Positions 27,146-40,156 of a stretch of DNA of 64,000 nt are shown here, piece by piece. A program made the translations under genes and the position numbers. Below the pieces are notes generated by a model. It was given only the letters and a program-made list of their open reading frames with translations. It ran no database searches and was not told the origin of the DNA. This stretch comes from Eledone cirrhosa (lineage: Eukaryota), in contig OZ024741.1 in NCBI GenBank assembly GCA_964016885.1, positions 67,766,001 through 67,830,000 on the forward strand, in the 5' to 3' direction. Position 1 is the first letter of the stretch, and each line of letters begins with the position of its first letter.

Positions 27146-28449
27146 TAAAAAATGAAGGAATTGATAAGAACTAAATATATTCGGAGAATAAGGAGCGTAT
27201 TAAAGTCACATCTGAACAGTAGGAATGCCATAAGTGCAGTAAATTCCCGAGCTGTGTCTATTATTAGGTACAGTGCAGGAATTCTGAGATGGAATGTTGC
27301 TGAACAAAAAGAAATGGATAGGAAGACTAGGAAGCTATTGACTATCTACAGCATGTTCCACAAGAGGAGTGATATCGATAGACTCTACTTAAGGAGGTCT
27401 GAAGGTGGAAGAGGTCTTATCAACATAGAGGACTGTGTTCAGATGGAGAAAAACAACCTACACAAATACGTGACTGATAGTAAGGAGCCAATGCTCAGAA
27501 CTGTACTGAAGGAGGGGACAATAGGCCAGGGGATGTCCAAGGAGGAAATAACATCAAGGAGAAAGAGCAGCCTTCAGGAAAAATCCCTTCATAGTACCTT
27601 CTTTGAGAAAACTGAATTTAGAGATCCACAGACATGGAACTGGTTGAAAAGAGGAGACCTTAAAAAGGCTACAGAAGGAATGTTAATGGCTGCGCAGGAG
27701 CAGGCCCTCAAACCGAAATGGTTGAAACACCATATTTACAAGGAGGAGGCTAGCCCACTGTGCAGGATCTGTGGAGAGAGAGAGGAGACTGTGGCTCACA
27801 TTGTATCCGAGTGTAAACACCTAGCCCAGACTCACTATAAGGGCTGGAGACATGATGTGATGGGCAGGGTGATCCACTGGCACCTATGCAAAGTAAGCAA
27901 TTTACCACATTCTGAGAAGTGGTATGAGCATATGCGAGAGGCGGTGATAGAAAACGATCAGGTGAAGGTGCTGTGAGGATTTTAGGATACAGACAGACAA
28001 TAAACTGGAACACAATAGACCTGACCTGGTGGTTGTGGACAAAGAAAAAAGATCGTGCCTGATTGTGGATGTGGCCTGCCCATTCGACACGAGAGTGCAA
28101 GAGAAGAAGAGGGAGAAAATTAACCGATACCAGGACTTAAGGTGGGAGGTAAAAAGGATTTGGAACCACCATGAAGTCAAAGTGATCCCGATTGTCATAG
28201 GCGCACTAGGGACTATCTCAAAAAGTTTCCAGGGATGGTTAAAGAAAATTGGCCCCTTCACGCTTTTTGGAACGCTTCAAAAGGCATGCTTGCTGGGAAC
28301 AGCAAGAACCCTCCGATACGTCCTGAATATCTGAGGCTGCAGGTAGTGGCTTGATATTCATTTCAACAAACTTTCCAGTTAACTAACATCAATGACTGAG
28401 ACTCAAAGAGTAATAACAATAATAAAATAATAATAATAATAATAATAAT
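27146..28449 (+). mobile_element. Dong/R4-clade element #2 (different family), 5'-truncated, (TAA)n tail
   Basis: ORFs 27152-27976 and 28029-28334 (IDRLY.RRSEGGRGL, CRIC..EETVAHIVSEC, RHD, RPD, PIVIGALG); one-base insertion at VLW/DF. Confidence 0.9.
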
Positions 28450-28641
28450 TTTGTCTACTTTTGGCACAAAAGTGCCAGCAATTATATATCAGTGCATTAC
28501 TGGTACTTTATTTTATCGACCCCGTAAAGATGAAAAGCAAGTTAACCTCGCGGTGATTTGAACTCATACCGTAAAGGGGCGTAACTCTATGCTGAAAAGC
28601 GTGGCGTCTGACCCTCTACGGATACTGCCAATTCACCGCAC
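28447..28641 (-). mobile_element. SINE S1 copy
   Basis: Reverse complement of the S1 consensus, (AAT)n on both sides. Confidence 0.85.
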
Positions 28642-28689
28642 TCCTAATAATAATAATAATAATAATATTTGCACCTAGAAAATTCCTCA

Positions 28690-28928
28690 TCCGAGGCAAA
28701 CTCCAGATGAGTTTGCTTGTGGAAGACCAGCTGTCACCTATGCATACATGCCTCCCCCTCTCTACATTACGGATGTTGTTCGAAGGAAAGGCTATGGCCG
28801 ATACAGCTTGGCACCAGTTTCTACAACTAAGTAAATTGGAGCAACGCAAAATAACGTGTCTCGCTCAAGGATACAACGCATCGCCTGGTTCGAGAATCGA
28901 ACTCAAAACTCCCTACTAAGCCATGCGC

Positions 28929-28930
<2 letters not shown>
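28690..28930 (-). mobile_element. SINE S2 copy
   Basis: ggagcaacg..aaataacgtgtctcgctcaaggatacaac...gaatcgaactc matches 9.5 kb and 37.1 kb copies. Confidence 0.6.
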
Positions 28931-28984
<54 letters not shown>

Positions 28985-28991
28985 GCTGCTG

Positions 28992-29028
<37 letters not shown>

Positions 29029-29627
29029 CATTACATGTTTATTATATTTGTTTTATTCTCCCTTTGAACACACATTGAGCTCTGTTTTCCTATATGTGTT
29101 CCTGGGAAAGCCTTAATGAACGCATGTGTATAAATGTTAATTATTCTGTTTAGTGTGCTTATGTGTCTCAATATGTCTGCTTTTATATAACTGTGTGCGC
29201 ATGGATACATCCGTGCATGTGAGTGTATGTCTAATAATACGTATGTCTGGCGTATGTGTGCCTATACATGTGTGTGTTTCTGTTTTATTTGAGTAATTGG
29301 ACATAAGAAGTGATGTAACTGTATGTATCATCCTCTGGGGGTGGTTCTATGTACGAGCACTTTATGTGTGCACATGCATGTATGGTTGTATGTGAGAGAT
29401 AAAGAGATAGTGTTTAATGATATTGTTACTGTTGCTATTACATTGGTTTGATACAGATCAATGTCTTCAGATAATTCTGAAACTAATACGACTTTGTTAT
29501 TGCATCCTCTTTATATATATATATATACGGAGAGTGAGAGAGAGAGTAAGAGAGATAGAGAGAGAGAGAAAAAAAAAAGAAAAAGAGTAAGACAGATAGA
29601 CAGATATAAATATATATATGTATATAT

Positions 29628-29817
29628 TAGCTTTCACCGTATTTTTGACTAAAGAAATTTTAGTCTGATAATGGGGTTTAGAACCCTCAGATAAATGGAA
29701 AAAGATGAGTATTGACGTACATGGGAGTCGAACCCACATCTTTGGTTATCCAGATCACTGTGCTACCATTACACCAACACATAAAGTGCTCACTGTTTCA
29801 AAACATACTTACTTGTC
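29628..29817 (-). mobile_element. tRNA-headed SINE-like element with PLE-style inverted insertion
   Basis: tRNA-like cloverleaf 29713-29783 (-), body 29628-29705 (-) homologous to 46077-46162 (+), inverted tail 29788-29817 (+) homologous to 46184-46211; TA-rich flanks. Confidence 0.7.
29713..29783 (-). pseudogene. tRNA-like domain (Pol III A and B boxes), not a functional tRNA
   Basis: TATGTGT-TG-GTGT(AATGGTA)GCAC-A-...-GTGGG(TTCGACT)CCCAT-GTACGTC-A; anticodon stem mispaired. Confidence 0.75.
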
Positions 29818-29848
29818 ATATATATATATATATATATACATATATATG

Positions 29849-29989
<141 letters not shown>

Positions 29990-30496
29990 AGAGAGAGTTA
30001 CAAATATATATATATACACAATTCACAGATATTTACACCCGCATACATACACATATACATATGTGTGTATATGTGCGCCCGTGTTTGTGTGTAGATACAC
30101 AGTCAATGTTTTTGTTCTCTAATGTACGCTAATTTCCCAAACAAGACATTTTGTTTACTATTTGCATTTGCTGTGTAAAGTCAGGTCTATATAATTTCAG
30201 TTGGCTGAAGTTAGTGAATCAACTGTGTATATTATAATCTACGCACATTTGCATACAGACTCTCTCAGAAACGCGTGGTTAACTGACGAAACATGTACTT
30301 AGCCCTTGAGGAAACTTAAATTCCAACTAATTGATTTGTCAGCAAACCGAATTTTATCGTCCGTATTCAACTTCCGATTTTCATTATTTTCTCCTCCGAC
30401 TGTTACTACCCAGAGTGTATGTACACATACGCACAAGCACGCACACATGCATATGAATATGTGTGTATATGCGGGTGTGAGTGTCTGTGTACTGTG

Positions 30497-30566
<70 letters not shown>

Positions 30567-30676
30567 CATATATATGTATATATATACATATATATATACA
30601 TATATATACATATGTCCTAAGGCTCTGATACCATCAACACTATAAACACAGAGCTGGCATATCTAAGAACTGACTA

Positions 30677-30734
30677 ACTGCCTGATGAGGTCATAGCCAT
30701 TCAATGGCTATCATCGAAATATATATATAGCAGT
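30677..30734 (+). ncRNA. Type I hammerhead ribozyme, well preserved
   Basis: ACTGC-CTGATGA-G..ATAGCCAT(TCA)ATGGCTAT..C-GAAA-TATATATA-TA-GCAGT; perfect stem I, in a TA-bounded island 30614-30780. Confidence 0.88.
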
Positions 30735-30775
30735 AAATTAAGGATTATGAGTTCATACAATTGACTTATGTTTCG

Positions 30776-30844
<69 letters not shown>

Positions 30845-30877
30845 CCCTATCTGCCTTTCTTTCTTTCTTTCTTTCTA

Positions 30878-30956
<79 letters not shown>

Positions 30957-31094
30957 CAAGAGGATGCAATAATATAATGCATTAGTTTCACGCATAGTGG
31001 AAGAAGGGTGAACTATATAGTCAACCTATCGAGCAATTGTCTTTCATCGGGAAACACACACACACACACAGATATATATATTTTTATAATTTTT

Positions 31095-31216
31095 TATCCC
31101 GGGTTCAATCGGGGGGAACCAAAGTAAGTAGGGCACTTAATACATAGCAGAGTATAAATATTTGATGATTTCTCCCGAATGAAACAGTTCTAGTCCTGTA
31201 GAATTCATTTCTATAT

Positions 31217-31220
<4 letters not shown>
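31095..31220. mobile_element. PLE-type terminus, family B (minus tail joined to plus arm with a clipped hammerhead at 31161-31204)
   Basis: tgatgatttctcccgaatgaaacagttctagtcctgtagaat; tail homologous to 7038-7105. Confidence 0.7.
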
Positions 31221-31285
<65 letters not shown>

Positions 31286-31612
31286 ATGTACAGTGGAGTG
31301 AAATATATTATACTATACTATCTTTGTACAGCAATTCAAATTCAAAATCAAAATCAAAATCAAAATCAAAATTAAAATACAAATGAAACAATTGTAAGTG
31401 AATAAATGCTTTGAACACAGCTTTGATTCTTGTGAATTATATATAACTGCTCTGTAGAACAACTGTTGTTATTACATTGAGCTATTTATCTTACTGGTAA
31501 TAAGGTGGTAATAAATGACTGACCTTCACTGTTTAGGGTTTAAAATATACATAACTATAAAAAGTTTAAAATATACATAACCATAAATAGTATCCTTAAT
31601 ATATATATATAT

Positions 31613-31885
31613 GGTAAATTTCTTTAAGTCGTTTGGAAGCCTCGACAATGCAGATGGGTAAATCTCCGGGTAACAAGATCCGGTCGTGGAGAGAGAGATG
31701 TAAGTGGGTGTACGTTGAGATGCGTGGCGTGTATAAGACTATAATACACTCACTTACATCTCTCTCTCTCCACCACCAGATCTTGTTACCTGGAGATTTA
31801 CCCATCTGCATTGTCGAGGCTTCCAATAGACTTAAAGAAATTTACCTTATTATTCCACAATGCTTCAAGCAAACTTCAATACTCT

Positions 31886-31889
<4 letters not shown>
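31613..31889. mobile_element. Asymmetric inverted repeat (arms 31613-31712 / 31745-31846, 43-nt tail)
   Basis: Direct inspection; tail cacaatgcttcaag shared with 55273-55287; (TA)n flanks. Confidence 0.75.
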
Positions 31890-31954
<65 letters not shown>

Positions 31955-32029
31955 AAAGTTATATTTAAAATTGTTTATTTATTTATAATTTATCTATTTA
32001 TCTATTTATCTATAAAACTGTTTATATTG

Positions 32030-32095
32030 TATTTTGTCTGATGAAGGCATAGAATATTGTTAATATGATATCCCCGAAATATATATAATGAAATA
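32030..32095 (+). ncRNA. Type I hammerhead motif, family C
   Basis: TATTTTGT-CTGATGA-AGG...CCC-GAAA-TATATA-TA-ATGAAATA; downstream flank near-identical to 39925-39975. Confidence 0.7.
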
Positions 32096-32153
32096 AATAT
32101 GGTTTTATAAATATAGTTTTCCATTTATTTAATATTGTATATATATATATATT

Positions 32154-32359
32154 TAGGAACAAGTAAGACCCCGACGGCTGAGCTCAAGCCGTTTCGACGG
32201 CTAATTCTGTACCGAATTAGGTACAGAATTAGCCGTCGAAACGGCTTGAGCTCAGCCGTCGGGGTCTTACTTGTTCCTATTACCCACTCTACTACCCTAA
32301 GTATTGAGTACTTTGGTGCGTTATGGTCCACCTGGTTCCTTACCACATTTCCTTCGTTA
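32154..32359. mobile_element. PLE-type inverted repeat, family A (perfect ~60-bp arms, 6-nt spacer, 80-nt tail)
   Basis: Arms 32154-32213 / 32220-32279 carry the 3' half of the hammerhead (GAAACGGC-TTGAGCTCA-GCCGTC-GGGGTC). Confidence 0.85.
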
Positions 32360-33268
32360 TATATATATATATATATAATTAAAGAGTGTATATATGTGTA
32401 TGTGCTTGTCTATAAGTGTTTGTGTGTGTGGATGAATTGTGAGTCAACAGGCGTGCGTTTAATAACCATAGCATAGATTATACTCATTGCCAAAATAGAC
32501 CCGAGGTGAAATAGAATTATCTGATTTCGTCTATTTTTGTGATTTTCAAATGATGAGATGAAAAGGAAATCAATGTTGCTGAGATTATAAATAGGATTAC
32601 AACGGGGATTGGTGATGATATTGATAAGGAGTACAAGATGGAGGCATGACTGTAAAAATTGTTAGTGAAAGTATCTGATCGTAAGGATGGTGATCATGAT
32701 GGTGATCCTCATTATATTGTCATTATATACATGATGATGTTTATAATTGTAATGATTATGGTGATGTCATTTAGGCTCTACACTTCACTTTGATCAAAAA
32801 TAATCGAACTATAACCCCGCTGGCAGTTTTTATTTGTAGCAACATTTATTCCCTGACCTACATTGCTAGCATGCCCTTTTGTAAAGGCGATAGAAATGTG
32901 TATTTCTTGTAGAGCCTATTTATAGTAGAGTGCGTAACAACGATGACGACGGAGACAATAGTATTCATGGTGATGATGATGATGATGATGTTCTTTGTTT
33001 ACGGATTGATAAATATAATAAAGTGAGCAAACGGATCATTTCTTCATGAGATTAGCGTCGCTTATTATTATTGCTAGTTGCACTCGGTTTTCCTTAGGGG
33101 CTACAGAAACACACACACATGTTCTTTCAACACGTGTTGACAGACTTGCACTTAAAATTCCTGTGATTTCAACCAAAACTCTTTAGTATGATGACAACTC
33201 TCTCTCTCTCTCTGTCCCTCTCTCTCCCCCCCCCCCTCTCTCTCTCTCCCTATCTCCCTCTATCTCTA

Positions 33269-33309
<41 letters not shown>

Positions 33310-34215
33310 CTATTTATTTATTATTCACACACACACTGTCTCTCTCACTGCATTTCTCTCTCAACAACAGCAACAACCACCAGTCATTATAGTGAAAGTC
33401 TTGGACATAACGAAACACACACACACACAGCAAAAAACTCTTTTAGTTCGTTTTCGCATAGTTTATTAAATTCTTCTTCTTCTTCTTCTTCTTCTTCTTC
33501 TTCTTCTTCTTCTTCTTCTTCTTCTTCTTTTTCTTCTTCTTCTTCTTCTTCTTCTTCTTCTTCTTCTTCTTCTTCTTCTTCTAGGGAGGGTAATGAGGCA
33601 GAGTCTTCAAACACACATTGCTGTGATCACCTAACATGTAAAGCTTTAATAATATTAATGTTCTTCAAATTATAGATCTTTTGTCATGGAAGGCCCTTTA
33701 CGTTTAGTAAAGAACATTACTGAAGAATATACACATAACACTCCTACTTCGTAACACACATTTGTCTGATAGCACTCCTGGCAAAAGGAAAAAAAATGAA
33801 AGTAACGTTATTGGTTTGATGCAATGCATCGCTCACATGTCGATCAAAATAATTGTAGAGAAAAGATATTCTGGTCATTGGCAGACAACTTATCTGAGGA
33901 AACAGCTCTAACCAAACGCCTCCGTACTCTACTTGCAATCATATTTCGTATACACACAACTATTGCTATATTTTCATCGTGATACATATATTCATATACA
34001 TTTATTCATCCATATTCTAGCATACAGACAGACGTATATTACATGATGTAAAGTAAATTGATATCTATCGATTCAACGGTGATAGTTCCAGTTCTTTGAA
34101 CAACGGAAGAGACGGCTCTCGATACTAGCGTGCATATGCGTAACCTTAATGCAGTTCTCTGAGAGATTCAACATGACAAGGTCGGGTAATTCGATTACGG
34201 GTACAATCTCAGAGA

Positions 34216-34300
<85 letters not shown>

Positions 34301-34484
34301 CATACATACATACATAATTGTTTCTACTTTTTGTAAAAGGCCAGCAATTATCCCAGTGTATTACTGGTACTTTATTTTATCGACCCCGTAAGGAAGAAAG
34401 GCAAAGTTACATACATAATAAACTTTATGTGCAACAGTATATGGTTTAGGCAAACACACATATATAAATATACATATATATATA

Positions 34485-34827
34485 TTGTTATACTTTGGGA
34501 GGGTCGTGCTGCCACTAGAAACGCACTCACCTGCTGGTTTTCACTTCAGTTTATTATAAGTTTCCGGTTGGTTGATTGGTTAGTTGGTTCGATAACCAGA
34601 AAGTTGTTTATATATTGTCAAAGCTCTTTCGTTACATATTCTGTGACCTCCTCAGTGACTAGGTTTTTATTTTGTGTCTCTCCTTTGTTCTGTCCTACAC
34701 CAAGATGGTGTGAAATTGAAGGGAAAACCAACCGATGCATGTGTTTTCATTAGCAGCATGACCCTCCCAAAGTATAACAATATCTGTTTCAACACACGAT
34801 TCCAGATAAGAAATCTCGCAAAACAAA
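34485..34827. mobile_element. PLE (Neptune-like) terminus, family D, inverted plus tail
   Basis: ttgttatactttgggagggtc...gaccctcccaaagtataacaa inverted ends; homologous to 38018-38270. Confidence 0.8.
34617..34659 (-). ncRNA. Minimal type I hammerhead ribozyme, family D
   Basis: GTCA-CTGAGGA-G-GTCACA(GAATA)TGTAAC-GAAA-GAGC-TT-TGAC. Confidence 0.75.
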
Positions 34828-34844
34828 TATATAATCCTGATACA

Positions 34845-34893
<49 letters not shown>

Positions 34894-35362
34894 AATAATA
34901 ATAATAATAACCGCACCAATCATATCATTCCGATACAACTAATATATGTACGTGTGTGAGTCAGTGAGTATCTGTAAACTACATTATTGATGTGGATAAT
35001 GTTGATTATAATTATGTTTATAGTAAAGATGATGCGATGATGATGTACAGCAAAACGTTGCTTAACATCATAAACATAGTGAAGATCATTAGGAAGAAAT
35101 AGAGAAGAAAATACATAATTTCCAACTTCAGTAATAACAGCAATATCAATAACATTAAAAAAAATCAACACCACTAACTACTATTACAACAACCATAATA
35201 ACAACAGTAATAGCAAGAATTGACAAGACGGCTGTAAGATTTCTTTCTCAATTTTTAAACAAGACGTAAAGAAATATAATGAGAAATAATTATATTAATG
35301 ATATATGATGATACCAATTTCGATTGAACATTAATATTGAATAAGATTTATACCAGAGAAAT

Positions 35363-35403
<41 letters not shown>

Positions 35404-35426
35404 TATATGTGTGTATGTATATATAT

Positions 35427-35502
<76 letters not shown>

Positions 35503-35656
35503 TATGTATGTATATATATATATGTATATATATATATATGTATATATATATATAGATATGTAGATATATATATATATATATATAAATATATAAATATATA
35601 TATACTATATATAGAGTTATAAACTCAAGCAGTCTTTTACAATTAAATAGCTCAAA

Positions 35657-35687
<31 letters not shown>

Positions 35688-35721
35688 TGTTTGTATATAT
35701 ATGTCTATCTCAAGGTCTCTA

Positions 35722-35797
<76 letters not shown>

Positions 35798-36183
35798 GAG
35801 AGTGAGAAAGAGAGAGTGTGGGAAGATTGAGACACAGAAATGATACATTTTTTTATGTCAAATGTTTTTCTATGTTTCTACGTATTTATTGTCATGTATT
35901 AAGAATCAAATTATTCTCCATTTACTGGATATCTAATTTATAGTAGAAATATAATTACCATGGTGTATAATATATAGAAATATAATTACCATGGTGTATA
36001 TATGATTTACATGTATGAGATCACGTTTGAAACCTAGAGTTAGTTATATCTTAACTGTATCATATTATACATACATTTTATGCATACATACATACACAGG
36101 TACAAACACATACACACAGGCACACTCTCATATATATACATATATTTATATATATATACATATATAGAGAGAGATAGATAAAT

Positions 36184-36348
<165 letters not shown>

Positions 36349-36393
36349 AATACATACATACAAACATATATATATATATATATAAATACATAC

Positions 36394-36463
<70 letters not shown>

Positions 36464-36496
36464 GTGTGTGCGTATGTGTACATATAGATAAATACG

Positions 36497-36556
<60 letters not shown>

Positions 36557-37059
36557 CGCATTTATCTATGTGTACACATGCGCACATACAAAAAAATATA
36601 TATTTGTGTAGTGTATATGTGTATGTGTCTGTGTCTAAGTGTATAAACAAAGTTGTTGACGTAAGAATTATTGGGAACATTTGAAATTTGAAATATTTAT
36701 AAATTCTTGCCTACATATCCGTATCAGTTGCCACATGGATACACGAATGGTATCATATATCCTAGGTAACGGTTTTGATCACATTTTGAAATATAGATAT
36801 TAAAATATATTAAGAACGATTGGGCCTTTTCTACGTTTCCCTTCGTAGATCCTTGACCTAAAAACCAGTCTTTATAATGGTTCTAATCTGTCCTCAAAGG
36901 TTCGCTAAATATCTACGTTCTTTATATACTTATATTATATATTTAGGTTTGTTGAATACCTATCGACAGTCGATCGACTTTTGTCAAATCGGACCGAGGA
37001 AATAATGTTTCCATTGGTTTTTCCAATTGTTAATACTCTCTATCGGTCGCAACTCCGGG

Positions 37060-37138
37060 TAGAAAGAGCAACGTGGAATAAAGTGTCTTGCCCAAGGACA
37101 TAACGTATATCCCGGTCCGGGAATCGAACTCACAACCT
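37060..37138 (-). mobile_element. SINE S2 fragment
   Basis: gagcaacgtggaataaagtgtcttgcccaaggacataac...gggaatcgaactc. Confidence 0.65.
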
Positions 37139-37173
37139 ATATATATATATATTCACATATATTCATATATATT

Positions 37174-37218
<45 letters not shown>

Positions 37219-37616
37219 TCACATAGATTCATATATATTCACATATATTCACATATATTCATATATATTCACATATATATTCACAGATATATATATATCA
37301 TTTACGTGGTTTTGTCTTTGCGTGCAATTGTTCTCCGCGCTCCACATATGACGTATTATCTTCGTTCATTGCCAGAGAACGTCTCTATGAACCACGTAAC
37401 AGAATATTAGTCTACGACTTCTTTTATACCATAAATGTGGTTTTGTTGTTGCGTGTAATTGTTTTTCACCGCCCCAAATAATGACGTATTATATTCGTTT
37501 TTTCCCGTTCTTTGCCAGGGAACGTTTCCACGAACCAAACTATCGTCTTCCTGTCTTCCTGCGGTTGCAACGTTTTTTTTAAATATTCAATTCTGCGTTC
37601 ACAGATTGACTTTGTT

Positions 37617-37667
37617 AGTTTCAGAAGATCCCGTTAAGGGTGAAAGTAGCGATTCTTTGCTTAAACT
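37617..37667 (+). ncRNA. Type I hammerhead topology with U4A core variant, family F
   Basis: AGTTT-CAGAAGA-T-CCC(GTTAA)GGG-T-GAAA-GTAG...TTGC-TT-AAACT; related copies at 45878-46000. Confidence 0.6.
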
Positions 37668-37683
37668 TTAATCTGTTATTTTA

Positions 37684-37802
<119 letters not shown>

Positions 37803-37944
37803 CAAATAACGAAACGAAATTAAATTTCGTTTCGTTTGTAACTCACTTTTGTATGACTGACGCTTAAACAATTAAGTTAAAAATGTACATCTACATATGC
37901 ATACTGAAATACTAGTGTGTATATGAATACATTTTAACTTAATT

Positions 37945-37998
<54 letters not shown>

Positions 37999-38017
37999 GT
38001 ATCTATATATATATATA

Positions 38018-38880
38018 TTGTTATACTTTGGGAGGGTCATGTTGCCAATAAGAAACACACGAACCAGTTGCTTTCACTTAAATTTATTATAAATTAAATT
38101 TATAAATTTAGGAATTTATAAATTTCCGTTTGGTTGGTTGGTTCCACAACCAGACGATTGTTCATATATTGTCAAAGTTCTTTCGTCACACATTCTGTGA
38201 CCTCTCCAGTGTCTGAGGATTCTTTTCTTTGTTTCTGTGCCTCTCCTTTGTTCTGTACTACGCCATCTTGTTTTTGTGTGTGTTGTGTGTTTAGTTTGCG
38301 CATGTGTTACATCCGGGTGTCTGTGTGCGTTTATATTTGTTTATTTATTTGTTTATTTACATGTTACTGGTTGGTTGTTTGTTCTATGTGTGTGTGTGTG
38401 TTTTCATTTTGTCCCTAATTGTAAGTTGTGATGTTGCTATTCCATTCATGTTTTCTATTTAATTTGGTTGGAGTTCATTTATGTTTATTGCCTCTGTGAT
38501 TTGTCTAAACATTGCGTCTTTTCTGTGTGTAGATTCTATTTTTATTTCTATGTTCTCTAATTTACCCTTATGTTCTATTTTAGCATGTTGGTAGAGTACA
38601 GATGATTCTTTACTATCTTGAAGCTCTCGCCAGTGTTCATTTATCCGTTCTCCTATACTACGAGCTGTCTCACCTATGTACACTATATTATTATCTCTAC
38701 ATTGTCCTTCAGTACCTCTTATGCTATATACTACATTTCTAGTTTTACAGTTAATATGGGGGCTTAGTTTACAGATTATACATTTCTTATCTATACAGGG
38801 AGGTCTTTGAAAAGGGTATGTATTGCTAATAATTGTTTTTATGGGGGTACCTGGTCTTGCTAAACAAACTCAGAAACGAC
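38018..38880 (-). mobile_element. 5'-truncated Penelope-like element (Neptune-type): GIY-YIG endonuclease, 3' region with hammerhead, ends in (TA)n
   Basis: GIY-YIG ORF followed by the family D terminus; hammerhead 38171-38213 has a CTGGAGA core. Confidence 0.88.
38437..38870 (-). pseudogene. PLE GIY-YIG endonuclease with upstream Cys-rich linker
   Basis: Frame extends upstream of the called ORF: ...PPCIDKKCIIC...NCKTRNVVYSI...QC...VYIGETARSIGERINEH...LYQH...RQITEAINI; frameshift before LNRKHEW. Confidence 0.88.
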
Positions 38881-38919
38881 ATATATATATATATTTCACA
38901 TATATTCATATATATTCAC

Positions 38920-38968
<49 letters not shown>

Positions 38969-39154
38969 CATATATTCATATATATGTATGACTGTATATC
39001 TGAGTGGATTTATTTGTATCGGTATATCCTCACCGATATATGTGTGTATAATGTGAGTACATTTTTGTGACTGCCTTTTTACACGCGTCTATATCTGGAT
39101 AGGTCTTCATATTTACCTGTATGTGTGCGGGGCCATGTGTGTGGGTGGGCATGC

Positions 39155-39220
<66 letters not shown>

Positions 39221-39681
39221 CTGATACATCTACTGAAAAATCGCATGCTCTCTAATACACAAATAACATATATTATGCAGAGGTGTTCTAATACACACAC
39301 GTGCGACCAAACTCCTACGCCTCAGACACATATACACCCTCACATTTACATTCTTGCAATAAAACATTTAGCACTTAGGTAAGAATTTCCAAAACGAATA
39401 ACCTATTTTCCATCTCAATTACATCGTTCAATTAAGACACGTGTGGAAGTCGTGTGATTTACGTTAATAACGTAATGGTATTTTGAGGCTGTCTTTTTCT
39501 GTAAACACCATTATAGAGTTTGTTATACAGATTGTTGTTGTTGTTGTTCTATCTTGTTAGTTTTGCTCTCATTTGTACATCCCTCATTCTGTACCCATGC
39601 ATACGTGTTTGTATATATATCCTTGCATATAACACACATCAAAATATACATACAAATACACTCACACACACACACACACAT

Positions 39682-39736
<55 letters not shown>

Positions 39737-39867
39737 TATATGTAGAAGTTATATTTAATTTGTTGGGATACAACAAGCAAATATTTTTATAACTGATATA
39801 AAGCACTCAACATGATCGCATTCTTTAAGGGGATGTCAATATTTGTTTATAAAACTGATCTATATTA

Positions 39868-39932
39868 TATTTTATCTGATGAAAGCGCACCATAATTTGC
39901 TTTGGTATCCTTGAAATATGTATAATGAAATA
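39868..39932 (+). ncRNA. Type I hammerhead motif, family C
   Basis: TATTTTAT-CTGATGA-AAG..ACCA...TGGT..CTT-GAAA-TATGTA-TA-ATGAAATA. Confidence 0.7.
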
Positions 39933-40054
39933 AATATGGTTTTATAAATATAATTTCCATTTGTTAATATATTGTATAAATATATATATATATATATATA
40001 GACAGAGAGAGAGGGAGAGAGAGAGAGAGAGAGAAGGAGTGAGAGAGATAGAGA

Positions 40055-40156
<102 letters not shown>

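Noticed and set aside
29713-29783. Functional tRNA gene
   Set aside because: The anticodon stem is mispaired, the acceptor stem relies on several G-U pairs, and it is fused to a repeat body
31613-31846. Near-identical 'proteins' on opposite strands (MEASTMQMGKSPGNKI...), likewise at 32.1 and 54.6-55.4 kb
   Set aside because: A consequence of the inverted repeats, not gene duplication
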